A stretch of DNA of 64,000 nt from Nanobdellota archaeon (GCA_038046365.1 JBBSWF010000020.1:14201-78200); one strand, 5' to 3'; numbered from the stretch's first letter, positions 1-10,018 are shown. Notes: generated by a model from the letters alone, not told the origin. A program made the numbers and translations.

Positions 1-1137
1 GCGAGGACCATAAAAGGGAAAGGAGTAGGCTTTGTGGAGGGAAGGAAAGACTGGCACGGAAGGGCATTGACACAACAAGAGCTGGCGCTGGCACTACGAG
101 AACTGGGGCCGATGCCGACGGTCGCTTCCAAGAAGCTGGTCAAGACCGCGCCGAAGATGACGGCAGAGAAGGTTTCGTTCAAAGGAAAGTTGATACCTGA
201 CCATTATATTAAACATGCAGCCACACGCGATGGATACGGTCACGCGCTCGTCAAACTTGGTGGGATGAACGAGTCGATCGTGGCTGTGGACGCTGAAGTG
301 CGAAATTCTACTAGGGCGGAATGGTTCTTCAAAGAGCACCCGGATCGCGGGTTTGATTGTTATATCGCGGAGTCGGCGATGGCTGGCGTGGCTATGGGGA
401 TGGCTGCAAAAGGGTTTATACCTTTCGCGGCGACGTTTTCCGCGTTCTTGAGCAGAGCGCATGATTTCGTACGTATGGCCGGGTTGTCGGGATTGAACGT
501 GAAATTCTGCGGGTCCCACAGCGGAGTGTCTGTCGGAGAAGATGGACCATCACAGATGGGGCTTGAGGATATCGCTATGTTCAGGGCTGTGCCTGGATGT
601 ATCGTGCTGTATCCGAGCGACGCTGTGTCGGCGGAGAAGTGCACAGAACTTCTCGCGCGGGCGAGGGGGATCGGGTATCTACGGACCGCGCGGATGGCGA
701 CGCCGATATTGTATGATGCTAACGAGAAGTTCGCTGTCGGAGGAGCGAAAGTGTTACGTAAGAGCGGGAAGGACAAGGTGAGCGTCATCGCTGCGGGAGT
801 GACAGTGCATGAGGCGCTGGCTGCCTATGAAGAACTGAAGAAAAAAGGGTTGTTGATCAGGGTCATCGATGCTTATTCAGTACAGCCGCTAGATGTGAAA
901 ACATTGAGAGAGGCGGCGAAGGCGAGCAAAGGAAAAGTTATCGTAGTGGAGGACCATTATGAAGCGGGCGGGCTCGGAGAGGCTGTGGCAACAGCGCTTT
1001 CTGGACTGGCTACGGTGACGCACCTGTGCGTTCGCGAATATCCGAGGTCGGGGAAGGCTGAGGAATTGATAGAGAAGTATGAGATAGGGAAGAATTCGAT
1101 CGTTGCGGCAGTAAGAAACATATTGGGAATCAAATAA
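1..1137 (+). CDS. tkt: Transketolase (5'-partial; pyrimidine-binding and C-terminal domains)
   Basis: Frame 1 is open from base 1 (ARTIKGKGVGFVEG..WHG); motifs IAESAMAG, SHSGVSVGEDGPSQMGLED, VEDHY. Confidence 0.95.
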   Translation, partial: ARTIKGKGVGFVEGRKDWHGRALTQQELALALRELGPMPTVASKKLVKTAPKMTAEKVSFKGKLIPDHYIKHAATRDGYGHALVKLGGMNESIVAVDAEVRNSTRAEWFFKEHPDRGFDCYIAESAMAGVAMGMAAKGFIPFAATFSAFLSRAHDFVRMAGLSGLNVKFCGSHSGVSVGEDGPSQMGLEDIAMFRAVPGCIVLYPSDAVSAEKCTELLARARGIGYLRTARMATPILYDANEKFAVGGAKVLRKSGKDKVSVIAAGVTVHEALAAYEELKKKGLLIRVIDAYSVQPLDVKTLREAAKASKGKVIVVEDHYEAGGLGEAVATALSGLATVTHLCVREYPRSGKAEELIEKYEIGKNSIVAAVRNILGIK

Positions 1138-1210
1138 CACCTATAATTTTAGGAATATACACAGAAAAAGATATTAACAGATCATGATTCCAAACCGCCA
1201 GAGGGAGAAC

Positions 1211-2836
1211 ATGGAAAAAATAATCGAGATGAAGATCATTCTCGACGGGATAAAACCGGCCATCTGGAGAGAGATCCGAGTAGAGAGCGATATATCCGTT
1301 GAAGAGCTGCACGAAACCATCCAAAAAGCGATGGGATGGGAGGATTATCACCCATATGAATTCCAGATCGGCGATAAGACTATCACGCCGGAAGAAGATG
1401 GATTCAATATGGCTGAGATCGCGATGCACCATCTGCACAAATCGCCGGAATTCATCGCGATGGTCGAGCAGCAGGCATTGGGAAAAGGTTCACATAGACA
1501 GAATCTCGACAGGATGAACAAGCTCTTAGAGAACGCACGCCAGAAAAGCTCCGATAATCAGATCAACCCTAATGCCCGGATCGACAAGCTGATCGACGCT
1601 GTCGGACAACGATTTACATATCTCTACGACTTCGGAGACCGCTGGCAACATACAATAACCGTCAAAAATATCAAGGACAAAGAAGAAGGGAATGTGTATC
1701 CCTCATGCACCGCAGGGGAGCGGGCCTGCCCTCCGGAAGACTGCGGTGGACCGCACGGTTATGAGGAACTCATGGAGATCAGAAAGAACAAGAAGCATCC
1801 GGATTATAATGAAAGGGTACGCGACTGGCTTGGAGATGGTTATGACCCGGAAAGATTCGATCTTGAACAGACCGATGACTTACTCCAACAAAGAGACTGG
1901 CCCCCAGGATCGCTGGACGATGAAATAGAGGATGACTTCATCCCGTTATCTGAACTGACACAGCCCGACAACGACAAGGTCAAAATAAAGTCTCTGTACA
2001 AACGTGAAGAAGAATATGCCGACTACCTAGCCGCGATCGAGTTCACTATCGCCAATCACTTCATTGAGAATCGTGGACTAAAGGACGCAGACGTTATATC
2101 CGCGATCAATAACATCAAAGAACACCTCATGGAAGATCTCGACTTCTTTGATACAGACCTCGAAACAGGCATCCTATTAAACTTAAGCTCAGCTTTACAG
2201 AACAAACCAATCACACGCCATGAACTCATGCTTGTACTTGGACACGTATTATGGGCGATCGATAACCGCTCCTGGCTAAAAGACAAGAGCGCATATGTGT
2301 CGTGGCTTGCCAACTTTTTCAAACTATACAACCAGAAAGAAGCGCAAGAATACACTGCACAGTTTACAAAAAAAGCTAAAAAGCTAGGAGTACCACCCGA
2401 TAAGATAAAAGCGATGATTAATCCAGAAGAAGACGCCGAGATAGACAAGTTCGAAGACGAGTTAAGCGAGGCAGATAGCATACTATTCTCAGTTCCAGAA
2501 GAAAAAAGATTCGACTATGTTGTCGGACATGGACTTGAAGAGCCCGGTTTACTGATAAATTATGCCAACTACCTGGAAAGAAAAGAAGATTACGTGACCA
2601 TAGAGAAGGTATACCTTAAGATGATGGAGCAGAGCAACGATTTCCCAACAATGGAATTCATGCTGGCCCTAAATTATTCCAACATGGGCAACATTCAATT
2701 GGCTAAAACCCATATTAGGAGTGCACTAGAGAAATTTGATAGTCTCCCAAAAGAATCCATACCAGAAGACCAGAAAGCAGAGCTGGTAAGAGAGATGAAG
2801 AGAGAGCTAAAACGGCTGGAAAAGAAGATGAGCTAA
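1211..2836 (+). CDS. pRiA4b ORF-3 family protein with C-terminal helical/TPR-like extension
   Basis: IWREIRV..LHETIQKAMGWEDYHPYEF, YLYDFGDRWQH, GERACPPEDCGG; ATG at 1211 follows GGAG (ORF open from 1184). Confidence 0.85.
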   Translation: MEKIIEMKIILDGIKPAIWREIRVESDISVEELHETIQKAMGWEDYHPYEFQIGDKTITPEEDGFNMAEIAMHHLHKSPEFIAMVEQQALGKGSHRQNLDRMNKLLENARQKSSDNQINPNARIDKLIDAVGQRFTYLYDFGDRWQHTITVKNIKDKEEGNVYPSCTAGERACPPEDCGGPHGYEELMEIRKNKKHPDYNERVRDWLGDGYDPERFDLEQTDDLLQQRDWPPGSLDDEIEDDFIPLSELTQPDNDKVKIKSLYKREEEYADYLAAIEFTIANHFIENRGLKDADVISAINNIKEHLMEDLDFFDTDLETGILLNLSSALQNKPITRHELMLVLGHVLWAIDNRSWLKDKSAYVSWLANFFKLYNQKEAQEYTAQFTKKAKKLGVPPDKIKAMINPEEDAEIDKFEDELSEADSILFSVPEEKRFDYVVGHGLEEPGLLINYANYLERKEDYVTIEKVYLKMMEQSNDFPTMEFMLALNYSNMGNIQLAKTHIRSALEKFDSLPKESIPEDQKAELVREMKRELKRLEKKMS

Positions 2837-2842
2837 CCGGAA

Positions 2843-3451
2843 ATGAACACCCCCCAGAATCAGATTGGACTACGGATCTTAAAACTGATCCATGGATTAA
2901 AGACCAATTATGGAAGATATAATCTAGCCAAGATGATCGGACGCGAAACAAGAGAGGTCTCCATCCCGCAGGCAAAAGCGTTATTGTCACAACTTATCGA
3001 GAAAGGATATCTCAAGGAAATGAACATTGGCATCGGCTTCCCGATGATAGTCCTCACATTGACTGAGAAAGGGAGAGAATCGATAGAAAAAGAGGAAGCG
3101 CCACTCCTTGACCTCCCGAGAGACCACCCCGCGACATTCTCAAAGGCATCTGACATCGGAATAATAGACAGGATCACGCTGGAAGAGTTCTATAATGTGA
3201 AAAAAGAGCTTATACAGCTGGAAAAGAGGGAAGCGGAACTAAAAGACACCATCAAGAAGACAATGATCGAGAAGAACGCCTCTGAGATCAACTCGGACCT
3301 GATAGATATATACTGCCGAACAATAGAGCGCATCACTTACCCGAAAGAGAAGATAGAACGATTTGTGCCGCAGGAAATCATTGAAAAGATAAAGACACTG
3401 AATAAGAGCGTCATATTAACAACTAGATTCAAGGACACGCCCAGCGCTTAA
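2843..3451 (+). CDS. Hypothetical protein, N-terminal winged-helix (RQC-like) plus coiled coil
   Basis: 202-aa ORF 6 nt after the previous gene; LLSQLIEKGYL..LTLTEKG resembles a wHTH wing. Confidence 0.6.
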   Translation: MNTPQNQIGLRILKLIHGLKTNYGRYNLAKMIGRETREVSIPQAKALLSQLIEKGYLKEMNIGIGFPMIVLTLTEKGRESIEKEEAPLLDLPRDHPATFSKASDIGIIDRITLEEFYNVKKELIQLEKREAELKDTIKKTMIEKNASEINSDLIDIYCRTIERITYPKEKIERFVPQEIIEKIKTLNKSVILTTRFKDTPSA

Positions 3452-3514
3452 GCAAAACAGGTAATATAGGGAAGAACCAAAATGTTTAAGTCCCGAATGG
3501 ATATTATACGTTTT

Positions 3515-3967
3515 ATGGACAACTGCATATTCTGCAAGATAGCCGACGGAACGATACCATCGACAAAGATATGGGAAGACCAAGACTTCCTCGCGATACT
3601 CGACATCATGCCAAACACGCGCGGGATGACGCTCGTGCTGACAAAGAAGCACTATGACTCCTACGCATTCGACATGTCTGATGAGGAGTATGCGCGGTTC
3701 ATGGGTGCGGCGAAGACCGTGGCTCGGATACTCGAGAAAGGGCTGAATGTACACCGCGTCGCGCTTGTCATGGAAGGCATGGGGATAAACCATGCTCACC
3801 TGAAACTCTATCCGTTGCACGGCGTCGACTCGAAGTTCAAGGAGATGTGGGCTGCTGAGAAGAAGTTCTTCGATCGGTATGAAGGATACATCTCGACACA
3901 GACAGGACCGAAGCTCGAGGCAGCTGAACTGCAGAAAGTCGCGGATGAGATACTCAGCAAGCAGTGA
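3515..3967 (+). CDS. HIT family hydrolase
   Basis: MDNCIFCKIA start; NHAHLKLYP HIT-like motif (third His replaced by Lys). Confidence 0.9.
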   Translation: MDNCIFCKIADGTIPSTKIWEDQDFLAILDIMPNTRGMTLVLTKKHYDSYAFDMSDEEYARFMGAAKTVARILEKGLNVHRVALVMEGMGINHAHLKLYPLHGVDSKFKEMWAAEKKFFDRYEGYISTQTGPKLEAAELQKVADEILSKQ

Positions 3968-3976
3968 GCGATTTGA

Positions 3977-4594
3977 ATGGCAAAAAAGGAAGACGTCAGA
4001 GGATCAAACGGGGTGACCCGGCTGATATTCGTCCGGCACGGCGAGACCGAGGAGAACAAAGCCAAGATAAGCCAAGGGCAACAACCAGGGAAGCTCTCAG
4101 AGGAGGGGATCGCCCAGGCAAAGAAGGTCGCGGCGAGATTAAAGGATGAGAAGATAGACTTCATCTACTCAAGCGATCTTGACAGATGCCGGCATACCAC
4201 CCAAGAGGTAATCAAATATCACAAGGCTCCGGTGGAATACACGACCGAGGCGCGGGAGCGGTCGATAGGAGTGTTTGAAGGCAGGCCAAAAGGACAATTC
4301 CAAGAAGCAGAGATGAGACTCCCTGATTACAAGCCGGAAAAAGGCGAGAGCCTCAACGAACTGCATGAACGGGCAAGGAAGTTCATCGAAGGCATACTAA
4401 AAAAGCATCGCGGCAAGACGATCCTCATCTCAAGCCATGGCGGACTGGTAAGGATGGCGATGGCCAACCTGCTCGGAATGACCATAAACGACGCGATGGA
4501 CATAAAGCTTGGGAACACAGCAGTGAGCGTCATCGAAGTCTCATCTGACGGACGCGCCAAGGCAGTATGCCTGAATTGCATGAAGCATCTGTGA
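3977..4594 (+). CDS. Histidine phosphatase (PGM/CobC-like) family protein
   Basis: VRHGET, YSSDLDRC, GES, SHGG motifs. Confidence 0.93.
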   Translation: MAKKEDVRGSNGVTRLIFVRHGETEENKAKISQGQQPGKLSEEGIAQAKKVAARLKDEKIDFIYSSDLDRCRHTTQEVIKYHKAPVEYTTEARERSIGVFEGRPKGQFQEAEMRLPDYKPEKGESLNELHERARKFIEGILKKHRGKTILISSHGGLVRMAMANLLGMTINDAMDIKLGNTAVSVIEVSSDGRAKAVCLNCMKHL

Positions 4595-4634
4595 CCTGGC
4601 AGGACCGGTCCATTCCTCGGGATAGAATGGCTCA

Positions 4635-6182
4635 TCACAGAAAAGGCATCTTCGGATACTTGCAGGACAATATCGACTTGATCCGGATCAGCTGAGCCAC
4701 CAGGTAGAACATATATCCAGAACAGACTGATCCTCCGCTCACAAGGATGCCCTTGCCGACCATGTCGATTATAGTCGGAGTGTCCTTGACGTCAAATGAT
4801 TCCATCGAGTCACCCTTGCTGTGCTCTATAAGATTGTAAGCGAGCGTGTCAGCCACAAGCTGCGCGTTCTGAGCGCGCTTCCAGCCAGGGATGTTCAAGT
4901 CGTCAGGAACGAAACAGAGGGAGTCACCTGCGACAAAGACGTGAGGGTCGTCGACAGACTGGAGGAAGGATGACGTCTTGAGCCCGGCACGTTGATCGTG
5001 ATGAAGACCCATCGTGGCAAGCACAGGGCTCGAAGACCATCCTCCACAGAATACGACAGCATCGTTCTTCTGATGAGAACCATCCTCAAGGAGGATCGTG
5101 CTATCAGCGGCACCCTTCACCCGAGAGTTCAAGCGCACAGTGACGCCCTGACGGATCAGAGTCTCATGAGCGATACGCCTTGCTTTCTTAGGAAGGCCTG
5201 ACAGAAGATCAGGCCCGCTGCTGAACAAAGTTATGATGGCTTTGCCACGCCTTGGATAATCATGATCGAGATACCTCTGCAGGCCATCCTTCATCCAGGA
5301 AGCAAGCTGCACGCCTGTCGGACCGCCTCCGATGATGCCCACTTTGACATCGAACCTGCGCGTGCCTGCCTTGTGTGCCAGATTAGACGCTGTCTTGATC
5401 AGCCGATCCCAGATTGCATGGGCATCGCAGACATTTCTCAACGCAAGGGTCTTTGCATCAAATGACTGCGGGAGAGGGGTTGATGACGCGCCGAGCGCGA
5501 CAACACAATAATCATAGGCGATCTCATGCGAAACGGTATGAACCTTGCGGGACTTAGTGTCGATCGAAACTATCCTGTCCTGGACGAACTCGATGCCGAC
5601 CTCGTGCGCCCAGGGCTTTAGCGGTACGCTGATGTCCTCATAATTGAGATGGCCTGACGCCATGGCCATCAGAGCAGGAATATAGACGAATCGGTCCGAC
5701 ATGTCGATGCCGATCACCTTGCCCTTGCCGCCAAGACTGCCAACAAGAGACTTTGCCGCGGCCATGCCAGCGAAGCCAAGGCCGCAGACGACTATCGTCG
5801 GATAAGGACCGTGAGAGCTCCTTGGAGGAGGACCTGCGACATGCTCTTCTTTCTTAGAACCGTGATCGCCATTTAGGAGGACATGAGGATCCTTGTGGAC
5901 ACCGCGGATCTGAGTGCGCTCATTGAGGCGCTTGACTTCTAGCTCGCGCTTGACCTTGGGCCTGACATTGCCGCCGAGATGGGTCACCCTGACCGACTTC
6001 ATCTCGCCGACAAAGAAAGGCTTGTCTGTCCGAAAACCCAGATGGACAAGAGGATGCCTGCCGCCGGACGACTTACGAGATGAAGACTTACGCAAGATCG
6101 AGGACTTCTTTTTAGGATTACGGGCGACACGCCTAGCAGGCTTGCGACTGCGAGCCGCTGGCCTACCACCTCTTTTCACCAT
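4635..6182 (-). CDS. FAD/NAD(P)-dependent oxidoreductase (NDH-2/AIF-like) with long basic N-terminal extension
   Basis: VCGLGFAG, YDYCVVALG, IIGGGPTGVQLA, VFVAGD; start MVKRGG at 6182. Confidence 0.85.
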   Translation of the reverse strand: MVKRGGRPAARSRKPARRVARNPKKKSSILRKSSSRKSSGGRHPLVHLGFRTDKPFFVGEMKSVRVTHLGGNVRPKVKRELEVKRLNERTQIRGVHKDPHVLLNGDHGSKKEEHVAGPPPRSSHGPYPTIVVCGLGFAGMAAAKSLVGSLGGKGKVIGIDMSDRFVYIPALMAMASGHLNYEDISVPLKPWAHEVGIEFVQDRIVSIDTKSRKVHTVSHEIAYDYCVVALGASSTPLPQSFDAKTLALRNVCDAHAIWDRLIKTASNLAHKAGTRRFDVKVGIIGGGPTGVQLASWMKDGLQRYLDHDYPRRGKAIITLFSSGPDLLSGLPKKARRIAHETLIRQGVTVRLNSRVKGAADSTILLEDGSHQKNDAVVFCGGWSSSPVLATMGLHHDQRAGLKTSSFLQSVDDPHVFVAGDSLCFVPDDLNIPGWKRAQNAQLVADTLAYNLIEHSKGDSMESFDVKDTPTIIDMVGKGILVSGGSVCSGYMFYLVAQLIRIKSILSCKYPKMPFL

Positions 6183-6252
6183 AATAGGATTCCTGAAAAA
6201 CAAGGTATAAAAGCGTTATGGAACCGAAAACAGTGCAACCGAGCAGGCAATG

Positions 6253-7071
6253 TCAAAGCGAAGAACAATAGTCCATCACAGCCTCCATCAAGACCACATC
6301 AAGTTCCACACGCCGCGGAAGCGCAGTTATCTGAGGGGTCTCTGTGCATACGATATACTTGCAGCCCTCATTTAGCATCCTGCGCTCGAAAGTGCCAAGG
6401 ATCCGAGGGACTGGATTGAAGAGGATTACACCGTTGTCCGCCTTCTCTTTCTCTATGACGTCCGCGCGATGGATAGGATAATATCTTGATGCGACATCGA
6501 CTAGGGTGCGGCAGAATGGAAGGGAATCAGGGCTGTCACAGTAGACATAGAAACACTCCATGCCTTCCTCATAATCCTCGTGGATCGAATGCATGAACGA
6601 GATATCCTTTCCATTGAGGCAGCCCAACAACAAGGCACATTCTCGCTCAAGAGGATCGCTATCGAACGAGCGGTTCAAGTCTACACCACGAAGATTGTAA
6701 CGATGGATACCCCTATCGAAACCTGACGGATTAGCGATCGGGAACATCAAGACGCGAAGGTCTGGCCATCGGGAGGGATCATACTCTTCAAGGAACCGCA
6801 GCGACGCCCACGGGCCAGCGATCTCAGTGCCATGCACGCCAGCGTTGAAGAGGACAGTCCTTGAGACGTGAGGGCGATCGTTTAGAATGACCGAGACGAC
6901 AGGATACTTCAGAGTATCATCGGCGTAACCGAGTATATCCAATCCTATGGCCTTGCTATGACATACAGAGTGCAGACGGTGCAGATAGGGTTCCAGCCGG
7001 CCTCCAACTTCATCAGCCCTGGTGAAACAGGACCAGGTCAAGTCGTCCAGACCAGCGTATGGCTTTTCCAT
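6253..7071 (-). CDS. M14 family metallopeptidase / succinylglutamate desuccinylase-like
   Basis: AGVHGTE, ANPSG, RYN..DLNRSF, SIHED, TETP. Confidence 0.88.
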   Translation of the reverse strand: MEKPYAGLDDLTWSCFTRADEVGGRLEPYLHRLHSVCHSKAIGLDILGYADDTLKYPVVSVILNDRPHVSRTVLFNAGVHGTEIAGPWASLRFLEEYDPSRWPDLRVLMFPIANPSGFDRGIHRYNLRGVDLNRSFDSDPLERECALLLGCLNGKDISFMHSIHEDYEEGMECFYVYCDSPDSLPFCRTLVDVASRYYPIHRADVIEKEKADNGVILFNPVPRILGTFERRMLNEGCKYIVCTETPQITALPRRVELDVVLMEAVMDYCSSL

Positions 7072-7147
7072 GACCTGGCGGATGGGCTCTTGAAATAAAA
7101 GGGATATGGAAAAAGGCGGAAAGGATACGGACGCCTAGAAAGGTTTA

Positions 7148-7174
7148 AATATATGACTCAATAAGTCATATATT
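7148..7174. promoter_or_regulatory. Palindromic operator overlapping a TATA box
   Basis: AATATATGACT-N5-AGTCATATATT perfect 11-bp inverted repeat overlapping GAAAGGTTTAAATA, upstream of the toxin remnant and HTH gene. Confidence 0.65.
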
Positions 7175-7186
7175 AGCGGTGAGCCA

Positions 7187-7298
7187 ATGAAAACGCTGAT
7201 CGATGGCCTGACCGAGTTTTACGGCGAGAACGTAAAATAAGGGCAGCCATATCCACATCCGTGGGAGGGACAAAACTGACCGAGTGGAGATGAGTTGA
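7187..7298 (+). pseudogene. Internally deleted toxin remnant (DUF6516/TumE-like)
   Basis: MKTLIDGLTEFYGENVK* overlapped by NKGSHIHIRGRDK..* in another frame, ending 1 nt before the HTH gene. Confidence 0.5.
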
Positions 7299-7299
7299 A

Positions 7300-7662
7300 A
7301 TGAACTGCGAAATCAAAGTCGTGGAGTCGATAAGCAAGTACAACAAAGAGCTTAATGAGAAGATACTGAAAGGCACTTTGACCCGGCCTGAAAAAGGAAT
7401 AGTCATGACCCCCGAGACTTTCAGCAAGGTTTTCAGCCCTGAACGGATAAAGCTTTTACAAAGGATTTACAGGAATAATGTCCGAAGTATTTACCAACTT
7501 GCAAAAGATTTGGACAAACCTTACGAAGTAGTATTTAGGAACATCAAGTATCTGGAAGGCGTAGGTTTGATTGAGATCGTCAAAAAAGACAACAAAAGAA
7601 TCCCGCATCTAGCCTGCAAGCTTTCGATTGATATGTTCACGAGCCAGGGAATAAAAGCGTGA
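7300..7662 (+). CDS. HTH DNA-binding protein (HVO_A0114-like putative antitoxin)
   Basis: FSKVFSPERIKLL..SIYQLAKDLDKPYEVVFRNIKYLEGVGLI. Confidence 0.8.
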   Translation: MNCEIKVVESISKYNKELNEKILKGTLTRPEKGIVMTPETFSKVFSPERIKLLQRIYRNNVRSIYQLAKDLDKPYEVVFRNIKYLEGVGLIEIVKKDNKRIPHLACKLSIDMFTSQGIKA

Positions 7663-7720
7663 GGTCTGGTAGAGGATAGGATGGAGCTAATAGCGGATCG
7701 CAGTATCTATAGTTCAATAA

Positions 7721-8356
7721 TCAATGCGTAAAGTCATAAGATTCGATCGAGTAAATAATCCGATCTTCTGAGACTCCCGGATCCAAAGGCAGCGCGCATA
7801 TCACCGCTGTGTGATCAGGACAGCGCTTGTCCTTGTACCATTCGAGAGGCAGGCCGAAGACCTTCCTTGAGAGAGAATCGCAATCTACACCAGTAGCCTC
7901 GAGGCTGAAGCGCATCTTGTCAGGATGCTTGCAGGGCTTTGCGAGCTTCTTCTGACAGGGCTTGCAGAGACGACAGGCGCCAGTGGCCAGATACCTGCCG
8001 CCGAACTCGGACTCCAAAGACCTCATCAGGCGCTCAAGGCGCGGCTTGATGACCGCATTGCCGAGGCGCAGGCGATGATGATCCAGATACCCCGCGCGGT
8101 CTAGCTGACGGAGATCGAGGCGGAGCATAACGACTAGCAGCCTACCGAGCTTGCCCTGCATCTTTCGGAAATCCGGCGAGCAAGGAGGACAGGAGAACTT
8201 CTTGCTGAAGTTCGGGCAGCCATCGCGGCACATCGCGAAGAAAACATCGTGATTTGTCACAAGATCAGACGCATCGCAGAACCCGAACAAAAGCTCCGCA
8301 GCAAGACTATGCGTTGGAGTATGTATCAACAACCCCTTCTTTGAGTGCGATTGCAT
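7721..8356 (-). CDS. DUF2284 family Cys-rich metal-binding protein
   Basis: C..GCPNF..SCPP, GACRLC..C, CKHP..RFSLEATGVD. Confidence 0.85.
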   Translation of the reverse strand: MQSHSKKGLLIHTPTHSLAAELLFGFCDASDLVTNHDVFFAMCRDGCPNFSKKFSCPPCSPDFRKMQGKLGRLLVVMLRLDLRQLDRAGYLDHHRLRLGNAVIKPRLERLMRSLESEFGGRYLATGACRLCKPCQKKLAKPCKHPDKMRFSLEATGVDCDSLSRKVFGLPLEWYKDKRCPDHTAVICALPLDPGVSEDRIIYSIESYDFTH

Positions 8357-8434
8357 GATGGATCCAACCCAGTCAACAGGCCGAGTGTATCATGATTATA
8401 TAATCTTTGTAATCCAACAGCCAAGCCAGATGAC

Positions 8435-8497
8435 ATGAAGATCACGATCTGCGGAAGCATGACGTTCGCGCACGTCTTTGGCAAGAAGATACTCTGA
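8435..8497 (+). pseudogene. 20-codon collapsed remnant of an MKITICGS-type (nucleoside deoxyribosyltransferase-like) gene
   Basis: Reads MKITICGSMTFAHVFGKKIL*: N-terminal motif joined directly to a C-terminal FAHV.GKKI motif. Confidence 0.55.
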
Positions 8498-8518
8498 CAT
8501 AATCGCTGTACATCGGCA

Positions 8519-9457
8519 TCAGTCAGGCAGCCCCGCTTCAGGATATTTAAGCAGGACAGTGTTGGGCTGGGATATCAACCAGGTCATCTTCGCGAGGCTG
8601 ATCGAATGGAAGACCACAATAGATTCCTTCTTATTGCATCTGACAGAAAGAGAATGCCCGCTCCTGAAATAGGCCTCTTCCCAAATGTCGTTGATCTTAT
8701 GGAAGCCAGAGGTGTCCTTGATGGTGAACATCTTCTCAAATAAGACAAACATCGAAGACGCGCGCTCATAGAACCTGATGACCCTATCAGATATCCTTGA
8801 ACGGTCAGTCTCACGCGACAGCTTCTCATACATGAAATAATGATCATAGGCAGTTATGACCAGCCTCTCTAATAGAAGATCCCAAAGAGATTCATCAGTG
8901 CGCGAGACCACACTCTGGGAGTGCAATACCCTCCTGCAAAAGAGTGAATACCGCCGAGTGTCGTCCTCCAACCGGGTTATCTCACTGAGGTTAGAGAACT
9001 GTTGCGCACGCAGATCCCGCAATATGAGATCCCGCGCATAATCGATCACGTTGAGCAAGCGACGCAGTATAGCCCTGAACTCCTGAGGCGTCGGCATGGC
9101 AGTCTGCCCTACCCTGCAAGTCCCTTTACCCTCATCAAGGATCTCAAATCCGATAAGATTGGACACAGTCTCCCTGATCACCCTCATCGCTTCCGGCTGA
9201 TCGTACCGGATCATGATCTCTGACGTCCCGCGTAGATATTCGTTCTCGATCAAGATCCTGTAATAATGAGGTATTCCCTTCTTCAGGTCCAGCACGGATT
9301 TGGTCTGGGCCTGGCGCTTCTTTGCGAGGATGAGCAGGCCTACATCTTCTTCGACGAGGTCCAGCTCGCCAGCCTTCTCGAGATGGTTCTCCCTGACCCA
9401 CCGGATAGGCAGAGTGATCGTGTACGCGCTCTTCTGTTTGATTATCTTCCGTCGCAT
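8519..9457 (-). CDS. Archaeal AbrB/PhoU-type phosphate uptake regulator
   Basis: MRRKIIKQKSAYTITLPIRWV (AbrB-like), YLRG..I, LIGFEI, PhoU-like helices; start at 9457. Confidence 0.82.
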   Translation of the reverse strand: MRRKIIKQKSAYTITLPIRWVRENHLEKAGELDLVEEDVGLLILAKKRQAQTKSVLDLKKGIPHYYRILIENEYLRGTSEIMIRYDQPEAMRVIRETVSNLIGFEILDEGKGTCRVGQTAMPTPQEFRAILRRLLNVIDYARDLILRDLRAQQFSNLSEITRLEDDTRRYSLFCRRVLHSQSVVSRTDESLWDLLLERLVITAYDHYFMYEKLSRETDRSRISDRVIRFYERASSMFVLFEKMFTIKDTSGFHKINDIWEEAYFRSGHSLSVRCNKKESIVVFHSISLAKMTWLISQPNTVLLKYPEAGLPD

Positions 9458-9544
9458 GGATATTGGTATAGGACCGACATTTATATATATTTCTAATGAT
9501 TCGTATGAATCATATAAATAAGCATCTGACACATACTCCATCGG

Positions 9545-10018
9545 ATGGAACTGAACATCAAATAAGGAAAACTTGTGCGGATCATCGAGAAAGGGTATGC
9601 CCCATACAAGGACATATGGGCAAGCCCTGTCGGAGTAAGCCACTACAGATCTGACCTGTCTGACAAAAAAGACCATCGGCCAGCAGGCCTGCAATACACT
9701 CTGTTCGAATTGATCGAGAAAGAGACCACGGAACCACGGTGCGAGGTCTTTCCGATGCATCTTGACCTGGATATAGAAGGTACTCATGTGCGATTCGCTG
9801 ACATGAAAAAAAGCTTCATGGATGGACGCACCGAATATCAATTAAGGATAGTGCAGGAAGATAAAAATGGCAGACTATACATCACCGACCCACGGGTACC
9901 AGAGTATAGTGAGAATGCATTGCGGGAATACGCGATGGAACACGCTAACCGCAAGAGGAGATCACCTGAGAACTCCATAGACCAAACTGACAGGATCCCG
10001 GCTCCGGACAAACATTAA
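9545..10018 (+). pseudogene. Hypothetical protein with an early in-frame stop (MELNIK*GKLVRIIEKG...), or a short CDS from GTG 9575
   Basis: ATG 9545 is in frame with the 147-aa ORF but interrupted by TAA at 9563-9565. Confidence 0.4.
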
